Below, piece by piece: positions 1 to 8,736 of a stretch of 64,000 bases of DNA. The stretch's first letter is position 1. Every line of letters starts with the position of its first letter. The notes beneath the pieces are model-generated. The model was not told the origin of the DNA. It searched no databases and saw only the letters and a program-made list of their open reading frames with translations. The stretch covers positions 49,067 to 113,066 of the IMG/VR virus record IMGVR_UViG_3300050821_001858. One strand, given 5' to 3'. The DNA comes from a virus. The position numbers were made by a program, and so were the translations under genes.

Positions 1-2
1 CG

Positions 3-1415
3 GTATTAAAGACCTTCGGAGGGCGCGCTTCTGGTCCTGAGCCTCTTAAGCGTTGTTTTGATTATATCGTTTCGACGTTTAAAGAGGCAAAGGGTCGTAA
101 GCTTACGTCTCTTGAATGTCATGATATGGTTTGTATGATAGGAGAATGTGTTGTATCTGGTGGTGTTAGGCGTTCTGCTACTATTTCTTTGTCTAATTTG
201 TCTGATGATCGTATGCGTACAGCTAAGTCGGGTCAATGGTGGAATACAACGCCTTGGCGATCACTTGCAAACAATTCGGCAGTATATAATGATCGAAGAC
301 CCTCCATGGACGTGTTCATGTCGGAATGGTTTTCCCTGCATGCCTCCAAGTCAGGAGAAAGAGGCATCTTCTCAAGGTTCGCAGCTAAAAATGTCATCGA
401 ACGATCAAACGCTTTTAGAAAAGAATTCTGTGGTGATATCGAAGGTATCCGATATCGAGATGTTGACTTCGAATGGGGGTGCAATCCGTGTTCGGAAATA
501 ATTCTTAGACCAAACGAAGTCTGTAATCTAACAGAAATCGTTGTACGTGAAAATGATACTTTAGAGACGTTGCTTCGTAAGGCTCGAATTGCATCGATCC
601 TTGGGACGTTTCAGGCAACTCTAACTCATTATCGTTTTCTTTCCAAGAAATGGCAACATAATGCTGAAGAGGAAAGATTGCTTGGTGTATCTTTGACAGG
701 TATTATGGATAATCCAGTATTGGCGGGTGAAAATGTCGATAAACTTAAGGATTGGCTTACTCAGATGCGAAGGGAAGTTATTAAAACTAATGTTGAGATC
801 GCTAGCGACCTTAATATACCTTCTAGTACTGCAAGTACATGTATCAAACCTAGCGGAACCGTGTCTTCGCTTGTCGATTCTGCTGCTGGAATACACGGTC
901 GTCATTCCCCTTATTATCTTAGGACAATTAGGTCTGATAAGAAAGACCCATGTGCACAAGTCATGATCGATGCTGGTGTTCCTTATGAGGATGATATTAT
1001 GCGTCCTGATCATAATATGGTATTCACCTTCCCTATGAAGAGCCCCCTAAGTTCTAAGAAGAGAGAGAATGCAACAGCTATTGATCAATTGAACTTCTGG
1101 CTTCTATATCAGATGTATTGGTGTGATCATAAGCCTTCTGTTACTATTTCAGTAAGGGATGATGAATGGATGGATGTAGGAGCATGGGTATACGCTCACT
1201 TTGAATATATGTCAGGTGTTTCGTTCCTTCCTTATGCTGATCATGTTTATTCCCAGGCTCCTTATCAAGAGATAACGGAGAAGGAATATCATGAGTGGCA
1301 AGCAAAGATGCCTCAAAATATTGACTGGTCCACTCTGACTAAATATGAGAGTAACGATTTAACAATTGGGTCACAAAACTTCGCTTGTGTTTCAAAAGAA
1401 GGATGTGACCTTTAA
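3..1415 (+). CDS. nrdJ: Class II (B12-dependent) ribonucleotide reductase, C-terminal part; starts before the window
   Basis: LKTFGGRASGP, GGVRRSA, NPCSEI, CNLTE and TCIKPSGT motifs; C-terminal Cys pair. Confidence 0.93.
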   Translation, partial: VLKTFGGRASGPEPLKRCFDYIVSTFKEAKGRKLTSLECHDMVCMIGECVVSGGVRRSATISLSNLSDDRMRTAKSGQWWNTTPWRSLANNSAVYNDRRPSMDVFMSEWFSLHASKSGERGIFSRFAAKNVIERSNAFRKEFCGDIEGIRYRDVDFEWGCNPCSEIILRPNEVCNLTEIVVRENDTLETLLRKARIASILGTFQATLTHYRFLSKKWQHNAEEERLLGVSLTGIMDNPVLAGENVDKLKDWLTQMRREVIKTNVEIASDLNIPSSTASTCIKPSGTVSSLVDSAAGIHGRHSPYYLRTIRSDKKDPCAQVMIDAGVPYEDDIMRPDHNMVFTFPMKSPLSSKKRENATAIDQLNFWLLYQMYWCDHKPSVTISVRDDEWMDVGAWVYAHFEYMSGVSFLPYADHVYSQAPYQEITEKEYHEWQAKMPQNIDWSTLTKYESNDLTIGSQNFACVSKEGCDL

Positions 1416-1431
1416 TTATAGGGGTCACATT

Positions 1432-2094
1432 ATGTCTAAAATAGCTTGGCCACACGATGATAATGAAACGTTGATCAAGTTTTATGGAACGCCAGGAATG
1501 GTCAAACTAAGAGACTTTGTTCCTCCGTTCCAAATGATCGATGCTGACACCAAAAAGCCAGTAAAATCGTTTGAAGTGCACCCCAAGTGTTTTAATGCTT
1601 TTGCCCAAGTGTTCCAAGAAATATGGGATAAGTGTAATCATGATCAGTCAGTTATTGAAAAGTATCATCTTCATCTTTTTGGTGGTTCTTACAATAAACG
1701 TCTTGTTCGTGGTTCCACCTCTCATTGGTCTGTTCATGCTTTTGGTGCTGCCATCGATATTAATCCTGCTGGTGCTCCCATGGCAGTCGATGAGCGACCT
1801 ACGCAAGAAAATATGCCTGACTTTGCGGTTGAAGCCTTCAAACGAGCGGGAGCAACCTGGGGTGGAGACTTTCAACATCGCAAGGACTGGATGCACTTCC
1901 AATTCGTCTATGAAGGGAAACAGACGTTCTTTGAACCTGTAGTAATGCCTGTAAGTAATGTTGTAATTCAATCGAATACTTCAGTATTTTCTAATACTAC
2001 CAAACATCCTGTAGTTATTAATACTACTCCTATTCCTATAGAATCCCCTAGTATCTTTGACAACCTTCTCGATAAACTTAAGCACATATTGTGA
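1432..2094 (+). CDS. M15-family peptidoglycan peptidase (endolysin-like)
   Basis: R...SVHAFGAAIDIN...WGGDF...DWMHFQ zinc motifs; low-complexity C-terminal tail. Confidence 0.85.
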   Translation: MSKIAWPHDDNETLIKFYGTPGMVKLRDFVPPFQMIDADTKKPVKSFEVHPKCFNAFAQVFQEIWDKCNHDQSVIEKYHLHLFGGSYNKRLVRGSTSHWSVHAFGAAIDINPAGAPMAVDERPTQENMPDFAVEAFKRAGATWGGDFQHRKDWMHFQFVYEGKQTFFEPVVMPVSNVVIQSNTSVFSNTTKHPVVINTTPIPIESPSIFDNLLDKLKHIL

Positions 2095-2101
2095 GGCTTG
2101 T

Positions 2102-2512
2102 ATGACCATAACCTTTACTGGAAAACACATCACTTGGTTCCTTCCGAAGCCTTATAAGTGGGTTGACAGTAAGGGCTATCAATGGTATGATCGGGGGGCG
2201 TTTAATAATGGGGAAGGTCCCAACGCTTCGGGACTGCCTTTCGAGACACCGGGTTTTGCGTTCCATAATGAGAACCATACGCTTGGGGGTTGGTGGCAAA
2301 TTGATATTCCTGATATTAAAAAAAGGATTATAACCCGACAGACTGACATTGGTCCTCGTAAGCCTGTTATTGATTTAAATGCGATGCTTGCATTTGAATT
2401 ATTTGGGACTGAAATGAAGGCTGATGCTAATGATAACCATCAATGGACTATAACCTATCTTGGAAAGCAATTGCCTAATAATGTAAAAGAAGGAATAACT
2501 GATCTTGATTAA
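2102..2512 (+). CDS. Hypothetical protein, possibly RlpA-like double-psi beta-barrel
   Basis: TDIGP..VIDL resembles the DPBB signature. Confidence 0.45.
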   Translation: MTITFTGKHITWFLPKPYKWVDSKGYQWYDRGAFNNGEGPNASGLPFETPGFAFHNENHTLGGWWQIDIPDIKKRIITRQTDIGPRKPVIDLNAMLAFELFGTEMKADANDNHQWTITYLGKQLPNNVKEGITDLD

Positions 2513-2735
2513 TTATCTTCGTAATTCAAATGTGAAAATATCTATTGATCTAAATCCGTTCTATTGGAGATTTCATTTTGATAGGATACTTCCTTCTCAA
2601 TATGATCCATATTTACGTGTTTGGTGGTGTCAACTTTTGTTCTTAAACTTGTGGATGGTAATAGATAATGGCAAGATCGTTTTGGACCCCCTTGAACAGA
2701 TTGAAGTCAAAGAGGAAGAGGAAGATCATCCATAA
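2505..2735 (+). CDS. Hypothetical protein
   Basis: ORF overlapping the upstream stop, acidic C-terminus. Confidence 0.55.
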   Translation: MINYLRNSNVKISIDLNPFYWRFHFDRILPSQYDPYLRVWWCQLLFLNLWMVIDNGKIVLDPLEQIEVKEEEEDHP

Positions 2736-2742
2736 ATACTGG

Positions 2743-3180
2743 ATGTGTGATTGGACATTCGAAGGTAAACCAGTAGATTTTGAATCCACAGCCGAGTATT
2801 TTGGATTTGTCTACTCGATAACAAACAGACTTACCGGTAAGAAATACATCGGTAAGAAAAAGCTTAAATTTACAAGATCAAGAAAAGTCAAAGATTCTAA
2901 GCGTCGGGTTCGTGTTGTAAAGGAATCTGATTGGAAGGAATACTATGGCTCTTCTAAGGAACTTGCCAAAGATATTCATAAGCACGGCAAGGAATGCTTT
3001 GATCGGGAAATTCTTCGTTGGTGCAACAGCGCCGGGGAGTGTTCCTATTGGGAACTTTGGTACCAGATGACGAACCATGTCCTTCTGAATCCAGCAAATT
3101 TTTACAACAATTACGTCGGCGCTCGGATACATCGCAAGCACCTGATGAAAAAATATCTTGACGAGATTGAAGAGACGTGA
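2743..3180 (+). CDS. GIY-YIG endonuclease
   Basis: GFVYSITN...KKYIGKK, WKEYYGSS, REIL. Confidence 0.85.
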   Translation: MCDWTFEGKPVDFESTAEYFGFVYSITNRLTGKKYIGKKKLKFTRSRKVKDSKRRVRVVKESDWKEYYGSSKELAKDIHKHGKECFDREILRWCNSAGECSYWELWYQMTNHVLLNPANFYNNYVGARIHRKHLMKKYLDEIEET

Positions 3181-3349
3181 TATAAGCTTCCTATGGTTGA
3201 TGAAATTCAAATTTCTACGTGGGTTAAACGTGAAAATGAAAGGAATTCTAGATAATGCCACACCCTCATAAAAATCGCCCTCGAACGGGGCGTCGTAAGA
3301 TTGGTTCAAAGAAGCGTCGAAAGAAACAGCAACAGAAGAGTATGAAGAG

Positions 3350-3532
3350 ATGATCCCCGGATTGTTCTTTTTTGTCGTGATGGCAGTTATCTTCGGATGG
3401 TTTGTTCTTCAAGCCCTCCGAAGTAATATTGTGGTAATTCTAATTGCCTTTGTCGTTGTTTGTTATATGATCAAGGATAATCAGAATTTTGAACCTGTTA
3501 ACTTTTATTTACGTCAGTTATATAGTCAATAA
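3350..3532 (+). CDS. Small membrane protein
   Basis: Two hydrophobic segments. Confidence 0.5.
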   Translation: MIPGLFFFVVMAVIFGWFVLQALRSNIVVILIAFVVVCYMIKDNQNFEPVNFYLRQLYSQ

Positions 3533-3713
3533 TAATCCTTTTGGTTGTCGATTTACCATGTAAAGTATTCAAAATGTTCTTTGCTGCATAGAGGTAAAGG
3601 GTTCCTAATAGATGGAGATCATTTGTATCGTCAGTCATTTGAATCTGAGACTCAATATTGGAGTACAAGTTCTTTAGTTTCTTAAGTTTTTTGGTGTCTT
3701 CCACGGCTCCCAA
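3498..3713 (-). CDS. Hypothetical protein
   Basis: 71-aa ORF with a GAGG-like SD on the minus strand. Confidence 0.5.
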   Translation of the reverse strand: MGAVEDTKKLKKLKNLYSNIESQIQMTDDTNDLHLLGTLYLYAAKNILNTLHGKSTTKRIIIDYITDVNKS

Positions 3714-3768
3714 TGTATCCTCTCCCTAAATATGAGTAACACTTCATTACTTATCTTAGGGAGAGATT

Positions 3769-4536
3769 ATGACTACATTTACCCCCAGAGTGTGCGACAT
3801 TTCCCACTATGAATGGATTGATAATGACAATGGATTTGGGAAGGCGCAAGCTGCTGGTCTATGGGGTATTATATCAAAAGCCACTCAGGGAACATCATCA
3901 AAAGATCAATATTACTTGTCACGTCGAGTAGCTGCTAAGAAAGCCGGATTGCTTTATGGTTCTTATCACTTCAATGACGGGGAAAATGTACAGAAACAGG
4001 TTGATTATTATCTAGCCTATGCTGATCCTCAACCCGATGAATTAGTATGTCTAGACTATGAGGCAAATCCTGCTTCTGATATGTCTATTAATCAAGCAGT
4101 AGAATTTCTTCATCGAATAGAAGAAAAGTTAGGTCGTAAAGCAGTTATCTATTCTGGTAACAAACTTAAGGAAACGATTAGTCGCCTTTCTGCTACTGAT
4201 CAAGCTTATGTTGCTTCGCATCGTCTTTGGCTTGCTCAGTATTCGTATACAGCAACATTGCCTCATGGGTTTAAAAACTGGTGGCTTTGGCAATATACTG
4301 GCGATGGTGCTGGTCCGACCCCTCATTGGGTGAACGGAATTACCGCTCCCGGCAACAAAGGACTTGACTTGAACATATTTTCTGGTACACTGGATGAACT
4401 GAAAGCAACATGGTCGGGACTACCCACTCAGGTAGCAAATGTACAACCAACGGTAGTGGCACCATCAATTGTTCCTTCAGTACCGGTAGCTAACGTTGTA
4501 CCAACACCAACAAAGCATTGGTGGGATGTATTCTAA
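3769..4536 (+). CDS. GH25 muramidase (endolysin)
   Basis: DISHY, KATQG, YHF, LDYE, LWLAQY, WQYT, LDLN. Confidence 0.92.
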   Translation: MTTFTPRVCDISHYEWIDNDNGFGKAQAAGLWGIISKATQGTSSKDQYYLSRRVAAKKAGLLYGSYHFNDGENVQKQVDYYLAYADPQPDELVCLDYEANPASDMSINQAVEFLHRIEEKLGRKAVIYSGNKLKETISRLSATDQAYVASHRLWLAQYSYTATLPHGFKNWWLWQYTGDGAGPTPHWVNGITAPGNKGLDLNIFSGTLDELKATWSGLPTQVANVQPTVVAPSIVPSVPVANVVPTPTKHWWDVF

Positions 4537-4591
4537 GAGATCGGGGCTAAGCCCGATTGGTGGAGCGCGCTTAGGCTGAGCCTACGCCCCT

Positions 4592-4620
4592 AGACCCCTC
4601 AGAGAAATCTGGGGGGTTTT
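4592..4620 (+). terminator. Intrinsic terminator
   Basis: agacccctcaga-gaaa-tctggggggtttt hairpin. Confidence 0.7.
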
Positions 4621-4633
4621 GACGAACAGAGGG

Positions 4634-4662
4634 TTGACAACATGAATGTAGCAGTGTATGAT
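4634..4662 (+). promoter_or_regulatory. Sigma70-type promoter
   Basis: TTGACA-17-TATGAT. Confidence 0.65.
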
Positions 4663-4872
4663 GAAGCTTACGAATGCAAGATAGCGTGTATCCCCCTTGT
4701 TAAGGTGGTACCTGATCGAATTGAAGAAGCCCAAATGTTCATTAAGGAATTTGGTCGTTTCTGGTTCAAACGTGATGGAAAGAGGATGTACCTTACCTAT
4801 GTGCCAGGGTGAAAATTTTTTTCACTGAAATACGATTTTTGAAAAAATCGACATAAATAGGCTTAAGAGGGG

Positions 4873-4901
4873 TTGACAACGCCGTGCAGGTCGTATAGTA
4901 T
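4873..4901 (+). promoter_or_regulatory. Sigma70-type promoter upstream of the tRNA region
   Basis: TTGACA-17-TAGTAT. Confidence 0.6.
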
Positions 4902-5301
4902 ATGAACCCTCGAAATTAGGAGTTAACAGTTCAAATGAATTCGGATCGTACATATAGTATTAAATCGTGGTGGCTGAATAGCCCCGTGAATTCATTCGAA
5001 TTAGATATTTAACTCGACAAGGCGCTTCGGCATCTTGTCTGGTTAAAGGGACAAGATGCCGGGACCAAAAAATCCCCAAATCTTATCCCACCAGTCTCCG
5101 AAAGTTTTTTCGGGTCGGACTAAAAAAAGTCTTGACTTTCGTAAAAAAGTTCGATAGGCTGTTGTGATGTTGGGGTGGTCCCGCTCTTTAGGCTTCGTTG
5201 CCGGGGGACGAATTGTCTAGTAGGTCGTCTAAAACGCTCTGGTTTCTAGCAGTTCTTTATTATGTTTTTCCGAGAGCTATACGTAGCTTTTCGAAAAGCA
5301 T

Positions 5302-5377
5302 GCCTTCTAAAGCATTTCTGGTGATGCACTAGTTTCGTAAGCTAGGGAAAAGGGTCCGAATCCCTTTGGAGGCTCCA
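5302..5377 (+). tRNA. tRNA-Thr(CGT)
   Basis: Cloverleaf, ctagt-ttCGTaa-gctag, encoded CCA. Confidence 0.85.
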
Positions 5378-5600
5378 ATTTCCAAGGGTTATCCATTAAA
5401 TCGCTCCTATGAGCCTTAGGGCACTTGACATAGGGTAGCTGTTTGTGGCAAGATAATCTCTTCGTCCCTTGGAATCTTTTAACGTGAGGTATGTATTATG
5501 ATAGAGTTTAGTTTTGTTTCTTTATACATACTTGCCGTTGGTATATGTCTCATGTCTTTTGTTCTAGGTATTGCAGTTGGTATAAAAATAGGATGGAACA

Positions 5601-5909
5601 ATGCCCGTAAGAATGACTGATTTGTTTAATGAAGATGGTAAGCCACGTCGGCTCATTGAAATTGAACGTGAACAGTTAAAATTCTTAGTGAAACGATGTA
5701 ATGGAAACGTTGCTCAGATTGCTAAGATCATGGGTGTTACTCGTAAACAAGCTTATCGACGTTTGTTTAAGACTGGTTTATATACACCTGAGAAACATCG
5801 GGTGCATGATAAAGAAACTGGTCAATGGAAAGCACCTGTTTTATCAGCTAAACAAGTTGGTAAGGTAAATAAGGTTACACCTAAGGTCAAAGAATATCAT
5901 TGGACCTAA
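5601..5909 (+). CDS. Fis-like helix-turn-helix protein
   Basis: CNGNVAQIAKIMGVTRKQAYRRL. Confidence 0.75.
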   Translation: MPVRMTDLFNEDGKPRRLIEIEREQLKFLVKRCNGNVAQIAKIMGVTRKQAYRRLFKTGLYTPEKHRVHDKETGQWKAPVLSAKQVGKVNKVTPKVKEYHWT

Positions 5910-5910
5910 T

Positions 5911-5985
5911 GGGGGATTAGTGCTAACGGGAACACGACGCACTTGCAATGCGTAATCAAGGGTTCGACTCCCTTATCCTCCACCA
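5911..5985 (+). tRNA. tRNA-Ala(TGC)
   Basis: acgca-ctTGCaa-tgcgt, G3:U70, CCA. Confidence 0.92.
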
Positions 5986-6006
5986 TGATTTTAACATGAA
6001 GGTTAT

Positions 6007-6429
6007 ATGTTTGGTAAAAATAGTAAAAAACAAGGTGATAAAGGTTTAGGAGCAGCAATAGCGTATTTTACTGAATGTGAATATACAGTTTGTGTTCCTT
6101 TGACTGATAGTCAAGATTATGATTTACTTGTTGATACTGGTGAATTCATAAAACGAGTTCAGGTAAGAACAACTTCATATAAAAAACGATCTTTTTATCG
6201 TGTTAATCTTCGTGTTATGGGTGGTAATTCAAAAAAGAATTATATTCATAAAACTGGTGATCAATTGATGTATGATTGGTTATTTGTTTTAATTGAAGAT
6301 GGTACACAATATCTAATACCTAAAGATGAATTAGTTGCTAAAAGTTATCTTACTTTAGGTGCAGATAAAAGTAAATATAAAATACGGGAAGGTTTGATAA
6401 GGACAGAGGGTTCTGTCGATGCGCTGTAA
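6007..6429 (+). CDS. PD-(D/E)XK endonuclease, group I intron-associated (I-Ssp6803I-like) family, free-standing
   Basis: GDKG...VCVPLTDSQDYDLLVD...RVQVRT. Confidence 0.75.
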   Translation: MFGKNSKKQGDKGLGAAIAYFTECEYTVCVPLTDSQDYDLLVDTGEFIKRVQVRTTSYKKRSFYRVNLRVMGGNSKKNYIHKTGDQLMYDWLFVLIEDGTQYLIPKDELVAKSYLTLGADKSKYKIREGLIRTEGSVDAL

Positions 6430-6476
6430 ACGCATTCCCTAAGGGCGTGGCGTTCAACTCGACCACCTTCCCACCA
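6386..6476 (+). tRNA. tRNA-Tyr(GTA), atypical D region
   Basis: gggaagg/ccttccc acceptor, atgcg-ctGTAaa-cgcat, variable arm, CCA. Confidence 0.8.
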
Positions 6477-6484
6477 TTTTTCGC

Positions 6485-6513
6485 TTGACAAAAGTTTGCC
6501 TCTATCGTATAGT
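6485..6513 (+). promoter_or_regulatory. Sigma70-type promoter
   Basis: TTGACA-17-TATAGT. Confidence 0.7.
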
Positions 6514-6594
6514 GACTATTACACCACCTTTGTAACGTGGATACTTCAGTTTGATTCTGAATAGGGGCTCCACTCTAAATTAGGAGAATATATC

Positions 6595-6912
6595 ATGACA
6601 TTTAGAACGAATATTGTTTTGACGAAAGATACAAAATCTGAAGATATTGAAAATCAAATGAAAAAAGACTATATTGCTCGACCTCTTAGAGAGGTCGGAG
6701 AAGAAGTTCGTCCATTAACAAATTCTAAAACTGATGTAATTTATCAAACATTCAAATGTTCAAATTGTGGTTATATTCAAATAGTTGATGTACCAAACAC
6801 ATTTTTTGGTACTGGTGAATGTGAAAAATGTAATCATGTAACAAATATGAATGTAGAGGGATGTAATTGTGTCCTTATTCGTGGACCTAAACCTCTTGTA
6901 TTAACAGAATAA
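6595..6912 (+). CDS. Zinc-ribbon protein
   Basis: CSNC...CEKC; SD AGGAG. Confidence 0.7.
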   Translation: MTFRTNIVLTKDTKSEDIENQMKKDYIARPLREVGEEVRPLTNSKTDVIYQTFKCSNCGYIQIVDVPNTFFGTGECEKCNHVTNMNVEGCNCVLIRGPKPLVLTE

Positions 6913-6953
6913 TGACTGGACGTGGCGGTCCTAAAAACGCTACGATATATAAT

Positions 6954-7028
6954 GCCCATGTAGCTCAGTGATAGAGCGTCCGCCTGAAGAGCGGAGCGTC
7001 GGTGGTTTGATTCCATCCTAGGGCACCA
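6954..7028 (+). tRNA. tRNA-Phe(GAA)
   Basis: tccgc-ctGAAga-gcgga; two acceptor-stem mismatches. Confidence 0.85.
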
Positions 7029-7032
7029 ATAT

Positions 7033-7116
7033 GCGGGTATGATGTAATGGTAGCCTTGTCGGTTTCAAAAACCGATGTCGAAAGACGTGGGGGTTCGAGT
7101 CCCTCTACCCGTACCA
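7033..7116 (+). tRNA. tRNA-Leu(CAA)
   Basis: tcggt-ttCAAaa-accga, long variable arm. Confidence 0.88.
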
Positions 7117-7290
7117 TTTATGCGGTTCTCTAAGTACGAGATTGAATTAGGGTGATCCCTTTGCCGCGCCAGTTTATGGGAAGTACTTTCTTCGTGTGGT
7201 CGATCCATCACGCAATGTATCAACCTATTTCGCATGTCATCATATCCTTGATTGACTTTGTGACACGCTTCCCATACCTTTTAGGAGAGA

Positions 7291-7518
7291 GTGATGTTAC
7301 CAGATGGTTTAATGAATATAGATACTTCAGAGTATAATGGTAATATTGTCATAGAAATGATGATGAGTTTTTATTGGGGAGAAAATTTTCGAAATACACA
7401 TACTAATTTAAATCGAATTGGTTGGACAGAAATTCCGCTGAATATAATGTTTCCTCAAACATATAATGTTCGGGATTATCGACATTACGTTAATCGGTTT
7501 TTTTATAAGGATGTGTGA
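7291..7518 (+). CDS. Micro-ORF family hypothetical protein
   Basis: AT-rich short ORF with SD, coupled to the next ORF. Confidence 0.5.
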   Translation: MMLPDGLMNIDTSEYNGNIVIEMMMSFYWGENFRNTHTNLNRIGWTEIPLNIMFPQTYNVRDYRHYVNRFFYKDV

Positions 7519-7715
7519 TGTTTAGTAATGAAGATAGAGACTATAAAAATCCTCAGATGTTGACTTCTACTCCACATACAGTTGGAGCGAAATGTTTAGA
7601 AATTGATGTGATGAAGTCGTATAATATAAGTTTTCCTCCTATACAAAATATATGGGGAGGATTTTATCAAACTGTGTCTGTGATAAGATATCTTCGTCAG
7701 TTTTTTGATGAATAG
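7515..7715 (+). CDS. Micro-ORF family hypothetical protein
   Basis: Ends ...FFDE; stop overlaps the tRNA-Trp 5' end. Confidence 0.5.
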   Translation: MMFSNEDRDYKNPQMLTSTPHTVGAKCLEIDVMKSYNISFPPIQNIWGGFYQTVSVIRYLRQFFDE

Positions 7716-7787
7716 GTGTGAGCCGGTGGCGGTGCAGGAAACTCCAAATCTCCATTGCCGAGGGTTCGACTCCCTACACACCTGCCA
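7714..7787 (+). tRNA. tRNA-Trp(CCA), atypical
   Basis: aggtgtg/cacacct, ggaaa-ctCCAaa-tctcc, G73 and CCA. Confidence 0.8.
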
Positions 7788-7793
7788 GTTTAT

Positions 7794-7869
7794 TCCCCCG
7801 TAGCTCAGTTGGTAGAGCGAAATGCTGTTAACATTAGGGTCGGACGTTCGAGTCGTTCCGGGGGAGCCA
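7794..7869 (+). tRNA. tRNA-Asn(GTT)
   Basis: Canonical cloverleaf. Confidence 0.93.
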
Positions 7870-7886
7870 TTTTTATAGGACATTTT

Positions 7887-8087
7887 ATGGAGTATATACC
7901 TTATGTGGTTAGAATTATGATCAAACAATTTTGGCATGATCGATGGAAATTGCTCACTAAAGAATATGATTGGGACTACGAATATCTCTTTGGAGAGGGA
8001 TTAGATTTTCCGGCAATGCCATGGGATCAATTTGGTCAAGTTCATAATGTAATGATGAAAACAATTTCAGATAGTATATTTTCTTAG
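7887..8087 (+). CDS. Micro-ORF family hypothetical protein
   Basis: 66 aa, FP motif, ends IFS. Confidence 0.5.
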   Translation: MEYIPYVVRIMIKQFWHDRWKLLTKEYDWDYEYLFGEGLDFPAMPWDQFGQVHNVMMKTISDSIFS

Positions 8088-8091
8088 TTAT

Positions 8092-8166
8092 GGGACCTTC
8101 CTCTATCGGCTAGGAGAATCGCCTTTCAAGCGATCAAGACGGGTTCGATTCCCGTAGGTCCTACCA
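8092..8166 (+). tRNA. tRNA-Glu(TTC)
   Basis: atcgc-ctTTCaa-gcgat. Confidence 0.92.
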
Positions 8167-8172
8167 AAACAT

Positions 8173-8229
8173 ATGCAGTTCGCGGGAACCTGCATTCATT
8201 GGCGTCGCCGTGAAAAAATAAAATCCCGC
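8173..8229 (+). ncRNA. Putative small pseudoknot RNA
   Basis: atgcag/ctgcat stem; loop gcggga complementary to tcccgc after an A-rich linker. Confidence 0.4.
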
Positions 8230-8237
8230 TGAGTTAA

Positions 8238-8312
8238 GCCTCTTTAGTACTAGTGATAGAACAATCCCTTGGTACGGGATAAGCCTGAGTTTGATTCTCA
8301 GAAGAGGCACCA
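8238..8312 (+). tRNA. tRNA-Thr(GGT)
   Basis: atccc-ttGGTac-gggat. Confidence 0.88.
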
Positions 8313-8319
8313 GATTTAT

Positions 8320-8397
8320 GCAGCATTGACGGGAATTGGTATACCTACTCCGCTTAAAACGGATTGTTTCTCGGTTCGAGTCCGAGATGCTGCACCA
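8320..8397 (+). tRNA. tRNA-Leu(TAA), short variable region
   Basis: tccg-ctTAAaa-cgga. Confidence 0.88.
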
Positions 8398-8403
8398 ATT
8401 AAT

Positions 8404-8488
8404 GCGAGAGTGATGGAACTGGTAGACTTGCCGGTCTAAGAAGCCGGTGCCTTCGGGCGTGGGAGTTCGAGTCTCCCTTTTCGCACCA
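8404..8488 (+). tRNA. tRNA-Leu(AAG), copy 1
   Basis: ccggt-ctAAGaa-gccgg, long variable arm. Confidence 0.9.
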
Positions 8489-8518
8489 AACTTAACCTCA
8501 AACAGTGGAGTATATATT

Positions 8519-8731
8519 ATGACTACGAAGAACGTTAAAGGAATTAAGTTTCATTTGTTCGGTTGTCATGATTTTGATAGACTCGAAGGCGCGGAATATA
8601 TTGGTGAATTTTCAACTTTAAATGCAGCAAAGAAATATGCTGAAGAGGAAATGATTGGAACTGATTATATCTATTTCTTTGTTGTAGAAGTCAAAGCCCA
8701 AGGTCCATATGGTGGAGTTGCTTGGAAATAA
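8519..8731 (+). CDS. Hypothetical protein between the duplicated tRNA-Leu genes
   Basis: SD GGAG, 70 aa. Confidence 0.65.
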   Translation: MTTKNVKGIKFHLFGCHDFDRLEGAEYIGEFSTLNAAKKYAEEEMIGTDYIYFFVVEVKAQGPYGGVAWK

Positions 8732-8736
8732 GTTAA

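Noticed and set aside
6007-6429. Group I intron around the endonuclease
   Set aside because: The flanking tRNAs are uninterrupted and there is no room for an intron core.
7033-7116. Opal suppressor (TCA) reading of this tRNA
   Set aside because: The 5-bp stem tcggt/accga fixes the loop as ttCAAaa, which is Leu.
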